DNA of 64,000 nucleotides from Adineta vaga. Lineage: Eukaryota; Animalia; Rotifera. Shown here one piece after another: positions 1 to 12,797 of this stretch (its first letter is position 1; every line of letters starts with the position of its first letter). Both the position numbers and the translations under genes were made by a program. The stretch lies in contig CP075496.1 of NCBI GenBank assembly GCA_021613535.1, positions 10,788,001 to 10,852,000 on the forward strand. Direction: 5' to 3'. The notes beneath the pieces are model-generated. The model was not told the origin of the DNA. It made no database searches and worked only from the letters and a program-made list of their open reading frames with translations.

Positions 1-156
1 TCCAATTTTTTTCTTTCTTTCCTGTCAACTGATTTTCTCTTCATCGTTCTCCTCTCTCTTTCTGTTTCTCTTTCTCTTATACTTTCCTTCTCATTCTATC
101 ACACTCATTCATTTTCCATTTTCGTTTCAATCAATACATCGTCATATTCTAAGACA

Positions 157-637
157 ATGACAACAAAAACAGCAACTACCTTATCACCTATAAAACGATG
201 TCATGGATCACCTAATCTTAAAAAACGGCGTCTATCATCAATCTCAATACATCGTAAGCAACAAATGAATTTATCATTATCAATTCCAACAATGCTATCA
301 GTACCTAAAACGATCACAGTTACTTACGAAAAACAAATCCTATCATCAACTCAATTGCCTGATCTTATTCATGATATATTCATTGAACAACAACGTCGAG
401 AAACGATTGTTAATATTGCAACAATATTACGAAAAGTTGGTGATCAAATGGATGAACGATTGCAAGTAATAATCCTTGAAAATTCTATAAGAAAGAGCTT
501 TTTTTTTATTATAAATATTTATCTTTTAGATAAACAGCAGTTCATCATCATCGTCATCGTTAATAGATCACGTATTCGGTCAACGATCCATCACATTAAC
601 TCATTGTTTATCTTGTATTCTTCATCTTTTCTTGTAA
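157..637 (+). CDS. Candidate BH3-only (pro-apoptotic Bcl-2 family) protein, 2 exons (157-465, 530-637), 138 aa
   Basis: IATILRKVGDQMDERL fits the BH3 consensus (h-x-x-x-L-R-x-h-G-D-x-h-D). Removing a GT-AG intron at 466-529 gives the tail INSSSSSSSLIDHVFGQRSITLTHCLSCILHLFL*. The N-terminus is Ser/Thr-rich and low complexity. Confidence 0.6.
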
Positions 638-1618
638 TATTTATACATAATTTGTTTTATTCTGTTCACCGGTTCATGGTGCTATACTATGTAGCCCTTC
701 CATGTACATAAAACATTTTCTTATTGTTCAACTACTATTTATTTTTTACAATACAATATTTAAATGCATTAATAATCTATTTCTCATTCATTTGAGTGTT
801 TTTTATTTGTTCAATGAAGAACAACATTTTGTTTTCATTGATTAAGTCAAGATCTGATTAAATAAAGGAAATATGATTTATCACCTTGAAAAATTTTAAT
901 TCGATCAACGATTGTAATGTGATTGACTTATCACTTTTTTTTTCCTTCACGATTGACACGCGAACATATTTATTTTTAGTCGAATGTGTCAAGTATCCAC
1001 TGATTAGGTCATCGGAAATGGTCAAGTAGTGATCATCAACACCTTTTCATTTGTCTTTCTCGTATTCTTTAAAGTACTTATTTGTCTACTAAAGTTAGAC
1101 AATCATTCATGAAAATGTTTTTTTTGTATTTTGAAAAGTGAGACTCTTCAATTGTTGTCGATGGATGAGACGCTCTTCTACCATCAAAATCATTCCCGCC
1201 ATTCTGTTTGATCAACAATCGATAAGTGTCTTGTATTCAATGTCAGATCAATTTCATTGCAGTCGATTGTTCATACACTTCATTTATTTTCTATGGTAGC
1301 GGTAATGGTTGCTTTCCTTCTTATTTTCATGGCATTTTTTAAGTCTTTGTTGATATTCTAGTATTGTTTTGATCTTTTCTTTTTCATCTTTGTCAATGAA
1401 GGGAAATTAAAAGTGGCACGTGCGTTTCAGATTTCAATCCATTTGTAGATATGTACGACAAAACTAATGTCTAGTCAATGGATAATGACATATTTCGATT
1501 TGTATACATGAAATTACCAATTATATCATTGTTGTCGTCTGTTGTTATTGGATATTATCCTGTATTTGATAAGTAATTCATTCTTAAAAAAATTGATCTT
1601 TTTCCTTCTATAAGACTC

Positions 1619-1640
1619 ATATATATATATATATATATAT
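1619..1640. repeat. (TA)n microsatellite
   Basis: Perfect AT dinucleotide run. Confidence 0.9.
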
Positions 1641-3082
1641 GTATAATTAATAAAGTGTTATTCGATTTGTGATAGATGCCTTGCGGCATTCAACGATGCA
1701 GGTGATGTATTTGTCTTTTCGTTAAGTCATTAGAAAAACAAGCTTGTATGATAATGAAGGGATTGATATATGTTATCGCGTGTTTGACGAACAATACTTG
1801 TATATGTATCACGTTGATCGACTGATTACCTCATAGATATGAGTGGTCAATTAAAAATTAGCTTTCGTTGACAGTATGAGGTGTTAACTATCCTGCTGTG
1901 ATGGACAGTGAAATGGAGAATTCTTCTCTCTGCATGTGATAGTTATGCACCTGTATGCTCATGGTAAACTGAACTATTATTCATTTCTTTTTACTTGTTG
2001 TCTTTCTCTCTCTCTCAATTGAGAAAATGAACGCCGGATGTTGACGATAAAATCTAATCAAGTGGATATAAGAGAGAAGGAGAGAGAGAATAAGCTGATT
2101 GACAAATGAATGCTGCATGTGTTTGAGCATATTTGTTGATTATTCTAAACATATTTCTATTCAACAATGTTTACTCGATTGATACAAAATGAATAGACAA
2201 CTTGAGCATTGTTTTTTGACTTATGCATATACTTATCAAGTTAGATACACAATTTATATTTGACAAAAATCGATTTTCTTATCATGAGAATTGACGAGCA
2301 GTCATTGTTGATAAAAATATGAATGATTTACTTAGTAAAATTTATGTTTTCATAAGAATTTTCTTTTCGATAGATTAGAATTTATAGTTGATTATAATGT
2401 CAATATTGAAAGTGATGTATGTTTTAGAGAAAAAAAATGTCTAAAGATATATATATATATATGAGTAAATATATGATCTTAAATAAATAAACAGATTTTC
2501 TCATCAACATACATGTAATAACTTCAAAAGACTATTGAAAGTAAACATCGGTTTGATTTCTTTTCGCTTTTCCTAACAGAAATGAATATAAACATATCAT
2601 TGAATTGCAAGCGAAGCCAATGAAAAATGTTAAGGTTGAACAAGAATTATTGATCGTTTAGAAAAATATTGATAGACAGGTCTGTTGATACGCTGAAAGT
2701 AAATGCGAAATGTTGTATTATTATTATACGTTTTGGTCTGATCAGCGTTTAGTTATTTATTCAATAGACAATGATAAGCATTAATGACAAACATTCTTTT
2801 GGAAAAATCGTTCATCTCCTCATTGTGCTTCATTATTATCAAGTGCTGACATAAGTTATTGACCGAGTTAGTGAAACATTGTCCTTCTCGTGATGCGTTT
2901 GTTATCTGTTATCGATCAAAACGAGGAATTTTTATTTTTCATGTTGGATGTCAACATATTTTCTCGTTGATACCCTCATACTTTTATAAGGTAAAATCAT
3001 GAAAAAGTTTTCTAACATCATCTACATAGAGAATCATATAATCAAGCGATACATTCAAAAGTACCATAAAAACTTCGAAAGA

Positions 3083-4149
3083 TTATTTTTGTTTTCGAAC
3101 AATCAAATGAAGACGTTCTTCGATGTATTGAACATGGCCACGGACTATTCTAGCATTGAATTCTTCAGTTTCATCACGAACTGTGAGAAGTTCAATTGAA
3201 CATTCTGATCCTGTAAATAATACGAGTAAAATAATATCGTTGTTGAAATGTGAACACCCTTTTTTTGAACTTACCAAACAAACGATTGATTTCATCATCA
3301 CGGAGAATATGAGGAGGAGCTAGAATCAAATACTGAAAAGGTATAGGTGTGAAGAGAAGAGAACAAAATATTTACGAGTAAATTTAGGATCTTCATAGGA
3401 AATCGCAACCTCAAAAAGTTGAGTGCGTTCGGGTGTCATCATTTGAAGAAGACAATCACGATATCTACGAAAATTAGTGTGAATTTAGAACATGATGATT
3501 CGTTTTGATTTTGTTTCTTACTGTTCACGGCTTGTTGGTGGACAGCTACAAGTCCACCACGATCCCATATATAATCAATAGGTGGTAAGGATCTGAAAAC
3601 ATCATTCACAACATAAAATATCATTCCTATTCGATTCTCACTTGTTAAATGTAAAAAAGTTAGTACAATAAATAGTCACCGGATGTTTGTTACCCTTTAA
3701 AATGTAAGTTAGTTGGAATATATGAAAATTAATCATCTTGATTTACTTTATAAGTTTGACATTGGTTATTTTCATCATTTTCAATGTCATACGGAATACT
3801 GTTTTCATTAAAAAAAGCTTCTACGGCACTTGTAGAACCTTCTAAACCAATGACTCGATGACCAGCATCTAATACTGCTATCATATCCAATGTTTTGCCA
3901 CATAGAGGAAATACAACACATTTCTGTTGTTCAGCTGAAACTAATTTTGGAATTAAAAACGATTGAAACAAACTTAAGATTAAAAAATTAAAATAAATTG
4001 CATGCAGAAAAACATTTGAAGAGAATGTTATACTCGCTAACAGCTGTTCGATGAAAACCAATTCGATTCGCTTTCCATGACTGAAGCCAGTAACTGAGAT
4101 CTGTATTATCACTTGCTTGAATGTCTTCTCGTTTTGTTGATTCAGTCAT
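3083..4149 (-). CDS. TPMT: Thiopurine S-methyltransferase (TPMT)-family SAM methyltransferase, multi-exon
   Basis: YWLQSWKANRIGFH, VVFPLCGKTLDM...GHRVIGLEGS..AVEAFF, DYIWDRGGLVAV and APPH motifs are typical of TPMT. ATG at 4149, stop at 3083, GT-AG introns. Confidence 0.85.
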
Positions 4150-5691
4150 CTGAGAAATTATTTTCACGTATATCTATAAAGATTAGAAAACAGATATAGC
4201 AAAATCAAACCTCACACACGCTCTTCTTTTGTTAAATAAATCTTTTCGACGATAATTGAATTTTACTATCTTAACATATACTTAAATTATTTATAGAATT
4301 CTTGTTTACAACTTCACAATTCAGTCTTTACTTCCATTGTTTTTTCTTCTTCTTCTCTTCATTTCACTTTAACCGTGAGCGTCGACGATAAGTAACGCAA
4401 GAAAGAAAGAAAATTTTATTTTTCATCATTGTAGCCTCCATATTTAACATACATCGGCCCTTTTTTTCTGCTTAGCGCTTTTGACATCAACAATCGAACT
4501 GAGTCATCATGAATACATACGGATATATATATATATATATGCAAACATACATCAGACGAGAGAAATATTCATCATTACAACATAAAAAATATCGTGGATT
4601 ATTTCACTCGTTCTGTTTATGTATATGTGTTGAAGGCATCAAAAGCATCGATTATGTTAGTCGTCATTTCGTATCTTCTTGTTTCCAATGTAAAAGAGAG
4701 AGAGAGAGAAAGAGATCGAGTGAAAGTAAGGTTTATTAAAGTTATTTTGTCGTTTGATTCAGTGACACCCTCGTCTAAATAGAAAAATAGATAGATAGCG
4801 TGCATTGACTGTAGCCATTAATTTGTGTTAGTCATTCTCGATAAATTAAAAAAAGCTGCTGCTGCATTATATGTATACAATTTTCTTTCTTCGTGTGTAT
4901 CTCTATCCTATCGTTTTTTTCATACAACGTCGTATCTATCTAGAGAAGAGAAACGGATAGAGAATGGATAGAAGGCCAGTAAGGCAAAATAAACTTTGGC
5001 CTTTTTTTTCTTTTTCTTTTATCATTCTTCCATTAACGAGACACCACGCGGGAGAATGATGACGACTTTCCTTAGGAGAGAAGTCAAGGTTAAATGATGA
5101 TCGTATATTTACATTAACCTGTAATAAAAAGGAGTCTTTTTTAGATATGTCGGTTTTGTCTCAGTACATAGTTCACTTCAGGTAATTATTACAAAAAAGA
5201 CAACGAAATAGCTAGTCATTCTATATCATCTTTACTTCTTTCGACATGCCCTCATAATACATATCGACGAATAAAAGAATAAGAGGGTCAATATCAATAA
5301 ATTGCTACTTATTATTTGTTTTTGTTGCTGTAACAAGATAATAAACTAGCTGCCAAAATAATCAGTCATGTAATTATTCATTTCTGTCTCGTCGAAATTT
5401 CTTTTTGTTCTTCTTCTCCTTCTTCTTCTTCTTTTCCTTCATTTCGAACGCGTTCATTCTATATTTTCATCTATAGCATTTCTCCAGGCAAAGAAATCGA
5501 CGATTCTAAATAGATAGATTAGATGAAATACTTGCGCACAGCTGTGTCGTGTGTCAGTCCGAAGAATAGAAATAAAAAATGAATACAAATTGTTGTTAGA
5601 GATACACTTGTGTCGATGATATTTTATGTTATCGATTTATTATTCTTTATATTTTTTATTTGAAGATTTAATTTAATTAAAGACATACGCA

Positions 5692-7833
5692 ATGACTGAT
5701 AATCATCCAACAGAAGTAAATATCTACAAAACTGGTGAAGATGGTAAGATTACATGGTAGAAATAATATACATAAATGAATGAATGTACATTTTTCTTTA
5801 GATAAAACTGTAGTTGTTGAAGGTGAACAAAACTGGACAAATACTGATGATCCAGCAGTGACTGAAAGTCATCATCAAAAAGAACAACTAATCATTGAAA
5901 ATCCTGACGATCCAACTTCGACTGTAACTCATCGTCTTGAAGATGTCCATATTACAGTTCAAAATGAAACCACACCAATAGATACGAAAACTGAAGACAT
6001 CGAAGGTAATTATAGAATGAGTCATCTAATATAATATCGAACGAAAATATGTTTGCTTTTGTAGATAAAACTAACGAAGTGATTGGTACAGTTGAACATA
6101 AAGTAGAAGATGCCACTCATGTTGTTAGCGAAAAAGCAACTGAATTGAAACATGACACAGAAATTGCTGCTCATCATGTTCAAGGTAGATGGATTTGATT
6201 TTGATCAGTTTTATACATGAAAAAATGTACATGTTTTTTTTTTAGAAAAAGCAGAAGAATTAAAAGAAGATACAGTTGCTGCTGCTCATGTAGCAGCCGA
6301 TCATGCTAAAGAATTTGCACATGATGTTGAAAGTAAATTAAAATTTTTTCTTTTTTTCACAGAAACATTTTAAGAATCTATGATGTTTTCTTCTTTCTTA
6401 TAGAGAAAGCTGGTGAATTTAAACACAATGCTGATGAAAAAGCATCCGAATTATCGCATAAAGCTCAAAGTAAGTAATCGTACGCTTTTTCCGCATGAGT
6501 TTTTGCTTTGCATCGGAGATTTTGTTCAGAGAAAGCTGCTAAATTAAAACATAACGCTGCTGTTGCTGCGCGTGATGCTGAAGAAAAATCTAAAGAAGTC
6601 GCTCATGATGTTCATGGTAATATATACGATTAATAAAATCTTTTGCTTATTTATTAATATAATCCTATTTAATGAATAGAAAAAATCGATGAAATTACTG
6701 CTAATACGAAAGAAGCTATTCTAACCGGTGAGAAATTTGCTGAAGAGAAATTAACTGCTGCTAAAGAAACAATAAAAGGTTGGATTTTTCCATTTATTAA
6801 AAAATTTCATTGTAAATTTATTTTGTAATTGATATAGAAACAACAGAAGAAGCAGTTGAAACTGTCAAACATGCAGCACATGATGCCAGTGTTAAAGCAC
6901 AAGAATTAGAAAAATCAGCAGAAGAAAATTTAATTAAAGCTGAAAAAATCGGTAATACTCAAGAAAACAAAGTTCATTATTCTCTTTTTGAATTTTATCT
7001 GTATTCTGATTAAGGTGAAGAAAAACTTGAAGAAACAAAAGCATGGCTCAGTGAAAAGGGATCTGAAGCTGTCGCTAAAGGTAGTGAAATACTCGATGCA
7101 ACACAAGAAAAACTTGCTGCTGGTGCAGCAGTTGTCAGTGAAAAAGTGAAACAAGGAGTTGAAGCCGTAGCTGATACCGCTTCGAATGTTAAAGCAACTA
7201 CTGAACAACTAGCAGCTGATGCAATAGCTAAAACTAGTGCTGCTGCTGATGTTGTTGCAACAAAAACAGTTGAAGTTGTCGAAGCAACAAAATCAGCTGC
7301 ACAAAGTGCTGCTACTACAGTACAAGGTAATTACCCAAAACGTTTTTTTTCTCTTCTTCTAACACACGTAAACTAATATCATTGGTATATTTGTAGAAAA
7401 AACAAGTGCAGTTGTTGATAGTACAAAAACAACTTTATCATCAACATCTACTGCACCTCATGTTGAAGAAGTTACTGTTACAAAACCTGTAACAGCATCA
7501 ACAACGGTGACTACAAATAATATCTCTCAAGAAGCTTATGTTACTAAAACAGCTGCTGAAACTGCTTATGGTTCTAATCCAGTAACTGCTGATCAAGTTG
7601 CACCAGGTACTGCTGCAGCTGCAGCAGCAAAACCAAATAGCGGTCCAATAACATCGATTCGAAACTTTTTCAAAAATCTTTTTTCATCAAATCCATCAAA
7701 GCAACCACAAACTAGCGCACAAAAAACCGACACTACTGTCGTCACATCGACGGTTGCTCCTCAAACAACTGAAACGACGACAATAACAACAACATCTGTT
7801 GCAACAAACAATCTTCCACCAAAATCATCATAA
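5692..7833 (+). CDS. LEA-like / apolipoprotein-like hydrophilic repeat protein, 10 exons
   Basis: Exons 5692-5743, 5802-6005, 6065-6184, 6246-6332, 6404-6469, 6530-6616, 6680-6778, 6838-6951, 7015-7326 and 7397-7833 splice into one open frame. It is A/E/K/T/H-rich with repeats such as EKATELKHD, EKAEELKED, KKAGEFKHN and KKAAKLKHN. Confidence 0.75.
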
Positions 7834-10800
7834 AAGCATTTAAATTTAACTGTTCTCTTTTTTGTTCTTGTTTCATCCATATGGTCTATACACTTTAATC
7901 GTTTCTTTTTCGTCTTGCTTGAAAAATCTACACACTGCTTATACTAAAACAAAACTGCACGTTTTTCTTTTTGTTCCACTCGTGTTCAATCAGGAGTTTG
8001 ACAGTATATTAAAAAGAAGTTATTGCTTTAGTTCATATCTCTGTGCTTTTGTTTCATTTTTTATTATTACTATCATCAGTCTTCAGCTTTATGTTCGTCT
8101 TCTTTTTCTTTTCATTTTATCGTTCATAACATTGATAAAAATTAACGAAAGTATTCTAAAGATTTAATCTGTTTTCAATACTCTCCTATAATGGTAAGTT
8201 ATGACAGTCTCTTTTATATTCCATCAAAAATGACATTTTATTCAATAAATTTACTAAATAAACATAACCATCCAAAGACTTTGGTGATGACGATGGGGTA
8301 ACAAAACACGCTATGTTCCGAATGAGTGATTGGACCATGATTAGTAAGAATAATCATGAATCATATAGAGTTATTTATAGTAAGATTATAGTTACTATGT
8401 GTTCTTGAGGGTGTAGAAATCTTATTGACTTATAAATACAATTGTATTCAATTTTAGAATTCTAATCTTTGATGACTATTCCTAAAGGAAAACATGATTC
8501 ATTCAAAGAACAAAAAATCGAAAGTATAGATTCTATTGTACTCAATCAAAAGAAAGAAAAAAAGCTATCAAAGGATTGTTTGCTACTCATTTATCATAAA
8601 TATTTTCATAAGAGAAATAATTTCACATTCCTATTAGCTTTAGATCGTTCAACAATTGCGATATAAATCACTTTTCATTCTTTAAAAGTATTATTAATAG
8701 CCCAATTACGTTAAAACATATCCATTCTTTGGAAACCTTCATGTATGTGATGATGATTTTGGTGATGAATTTTCAATTTTCCATCTCGTTCGTTTGAGTT
8801 TTGTACCAAAAAAGAAATTTGTAAGCAAGATTTCTAGAAGATCATATTTAATTACCAATGAACTTCATTTTGTCATATAGATACAAGAATAGTACAAAAA
8901 AGAACGTAGGATCTCATTTTATTACTATTTCCATTGTTTATAATATCAATAATATGGACATAATCAATAGATTGTAATCGAACGAAAATTGTAAAATAAA
9001 AGATCATTACACATAAATAAGTCGTAGTTTCTATTGAAAAGCTTTTCTAATTAGATATGTCTGTTATTTCAATAGAAATATGTTTGCATATTTTCTCATC
9101 ATTAACACTTATACCTGTTATGAAGAAAGAAACTCACTCGATACACTTATTAGTTTCTCATCAACGTTATCATCTATTATCCATCAAAAGATTAGGTCGG
9201 ATGTCTATTCTCTTTCACTCAAAGAAGATGATCGCGTAGTGGTATGTTACTTGCTCTTCCGGGCACATATCATCGGTGATGCGCGAATGAACGCGCTAAT
9301 AGAGTCGCCTTTTAACGTGTGGAAAAAGTAAACATTCCATATGTTAATCATATTGAATATGAACAATCGTTTTCCAATATATTTTATTACTATTATTATT
9401 ATAATTTCTGTATGATCAATAGTTAATTGTACTAACTAGTTGATTTTTTTTTTGCTCGCATTAATATTAAATTATTTCGCAATTCAACACAATAGAGAAT
9501 TTCATCCCAAGTGTAATCTTTATTATTATATTCATGCAAGTTGTGCGTGTATTAAAAATGAATTATAGGAGTAAATCAATACTTTTTCTTGCTCTTTTAA
9601 CATTATATATAAATATATGTATGTGTGTATATCGATCACGCCTTATGGTCTCTAATTGCTCGAAACATTCCAACACAACATACATACTCATATAATGATT
9701 GAGAAAAAAAGTTAAGTTAAAATAAGAAGAAGTCACGTACAAACAATGATGAATGATTGAAATAAATACACACACACACACACACTGATTTCAATCTAGT
9801 CTATAAAATGATTCGATGATCGATCGTTCGTAGTTTGTTGATCAGCTGCAAAGATTTTAACTATTATAAACTGAAGAAAATACGAAATCTTATCTGTCCA
9901 CTAACAATTCATTATAAATAAAATCTTTCTCTATAAAAAAATCATAGCTGTAATATTCATTAAATAGATTAATGCTTCAATAATTCAGTTGTTGTATATT
10001 TGTATTCAATGAATTTCTACATCCGTATCTTTTCATTTCATTTCATTTTCATCTGTCTGTTTACTACAACAATATGTATCTAAAGACAACCGTCACACTT
10101 TATTTGATCACTAATTCAGTCAAGGTGAAAAATTAATATTGTTTAATTATTAGTTCTACGATATATAAAACCATCTTTTTCATTTGCTTTGACATTGTCG
10201 AGTGTATGAAAAAGTATTTCATAAGAATATCGTGAGAGAGTGTGTGTGAGAGAGAGAGAGGTGAAATATCAATGATTTTTAAATCATTATTTCTTATCAC
10301 TGATGGTAATGATGATACATAAGCTTAAATGTATATGTTAGTCAATAATATATCTCAAAGTCTCCTCTCTTTAGCCGCTTATGATGATTACAATCACATA
10401 CGTTTCTCTCTTCTCTTTTCTATATGGTGATATTGATTGATGATCAAGCTATCGTCATCATGTTTACACGATGATGATGATGACGAAGAGATATTATTTT
10501 AATCGAGTTAGTCGCCTAACGTTCTTTCGTCTTTTTTTGTACGTGTATGTTCACAGAGGCGTAGTTTCACTTGTCATCAATAGGATACAAACGAGTTGTG
10601 CGCCCTGTCATTTAAGTCGGCATGATGTGTAAACGAGGAACGGCAAAAAGAGAAAGAGAGAGAGAGAGAGGGAGAGAATCTCAAAATGATAAGCAATGAA
10701 ATGGATCAATAGCAAACATGAAATTAGCTCTGATTATCCTGTCAACAACAACAACAACATCAAGATCGTTTTATGATCTTCCGAACTGATAGAATAACTT

Positions 10801-11379
10801 CTTCTTTTAACATATGTGATAATCAATAGCTAACCTTTTCTCTTTGACTTGCTTGATTTCCAAATGATTCTCTCGCCTCATTTGCTTTCATAATCGGTTT
10901 TCCAGAAAAGAAAGTTGTCTGTATATTCATTAAGAGAAAAAGAGAAGATGAAGAAGAAGAAGAGAGTCTATTAACAAATAGAGAAACAGAACTTATTTCT
11001 TATTTTTCTTTTGATGTATCATTACGACTTGATAATAGCAATCGATACTTTCTGCTCGTCGTCTTCATCATCATCATTCATATTAGTTGTGTTTTTCTTT
11101 TCTCTCTCTCTTTATTCTCTTCTCTTCGTTACTTGGTAGACATATCACAAGTATCTTTTTACATGATTGGTTAGAGAAAATGATACGTATGTCTCTCATT
11201 ACACGGATAGAAGGAAAAAAATGGCGAAATGCATGTTGTAGTTGTCCAATCGTATTAAAGAGAAAGAAGCGAGTAGAAAAGAAAGAAAGGAAAAAAAATG
11301 TAATTTGCACTATCATTTAGCTATTTCGACTTGCGCTTGAGAGGTAGTCGTACATTTCATAGTTGTCAAAGGTTCAATT

Positions 11380-12061
11380 ATGGGCGCCAATGACCATCAA
11401 TTGTATTTATCTTCGCCAGATTCAACATATTCAAGATCATCATCAAGATCATCGAGATCATCATCATCACCAACATGTCTAAATAAAACTGCAACATCCA
11501 ATATTAAATCATTTCTTATTTCGGATATATTAAAACCAAATTTTGGTAGTCATCATAATGAAAAATCGAACATTCCTCTATCATCTTCATCACCAACAAC
11601 AACAAATGATTCGTCATCATCGTCATCTAATGCAAATCCTATTCAAGGAATGTTACCAGCATGGGTCTTCTGTACAAGATATTCCGATCGACCTTCAGCT
11701 GGTATATAAATATATAGATGAAAGATGAAATTTCTATATAAGATTTTTCAATCTTCTTTTAGGTCCTCGTGCTCGAAAACCAAAACCATGCGATACAATC
11801 GATTCTAAACGACCACGAACTGCATTTACAAGTAATCAATTAGCACGTTTGAAAGATGAATTTGATCGAAGTAAATATCTAACGGGTGAACGTCGACAAG
11901 TTTTAGCTGATGAATTAGGTTTAAATGAATCTCAAATTAAAATTTGGTATCAAAATAAACGTGCTAAAATTAAGAAAACATCTGGTGTACGAAATACACT
12001 AGCATTACAATTAATGGCACAAGGTTTATATAATCATGTATCGACGATAAATGACTCTTGA
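11380..12061 (+). CDS. en: Engrailed homeobox protein, 2 exons (11380-11701, 11763-12061)
   Basis: EH1 (SFLISDIL), EH2 ([19 protein letters not shown]), homeodomain KRPRTAFT...[15 protein letters not shown] and EH5 ([15 protein letters not shown]). Confidence 0.97.
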
Positions 12062-12797
12062 GACAATGACTAGAGAGGAAAGCAAATTGATTTTCACGCA
12101 AAAACCTTCTAGTCAAATTCTTTTTCTCTTTTGTTACTATTTGTTGTACAGCGATTTAAAAAATACAATATATATATATATAAATATATATCAAAGTGAT
12201 TTTCCTTTCTTTCTCTTATACAGAAGTAACAACTGTTTGTTCTAATCGATCATTGATTGTCGATGTAACAGGTCTTAGTCGGTAGATTTGATTGAAGTAA
12301 TGATATTCACAAAGAATCTTTCTCTTGTTAATTCGATAAATATAGAGTAGAATGTATATTGATTGCACACACAATACGTGTTTATAAGGACTCAGGGGAA
12401 ATTTTAAATTACACTTTGCTCGCTTTTTCTCTCTCTCTATATTCTAGCGGCGGCATTAGTTTGAATAGCATATGAAAGTTTAATGAATGAATGTGATTAT
12501 TTGATTGGCAAGAAAAAGAGATAGTTGAAGGATCAAGATCAGGGCGATTAACTCCACCTCCATCATAGTTATTTTGATCTTTCACAGAAAACAAAAAATG
12601 AGCAGGTGGAAAAATGGGAGTGACCAATCATAATGATGATGAACTTCACGAAGATAAACATGAAAAGTCAAAATGTTTGTCATGCAAACTTCGTATTGTA
12701 TTATCTGATCTTTATAATTAAATAAATATAAATATATATATACGTGAATATATTCAAGAAAATATAGTTGCTAAGTTGCATTGAAAATCAAGAATAA

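Noticed and set aside
1130-1340. Coding-like minus-strand stretch (MKIRRKATITATIENN...)
   Set aside because: Interrupted by stops, with no recognisable family or consistent splice model.
9225-9330. Relatively GC-rich patch with TAGTGGT resembling a tRNA A-box
   Set aside because: No B-box (GTTCRA) and no cloverleaf could be folded; more likely regulatory DNA upstream of engrailed.
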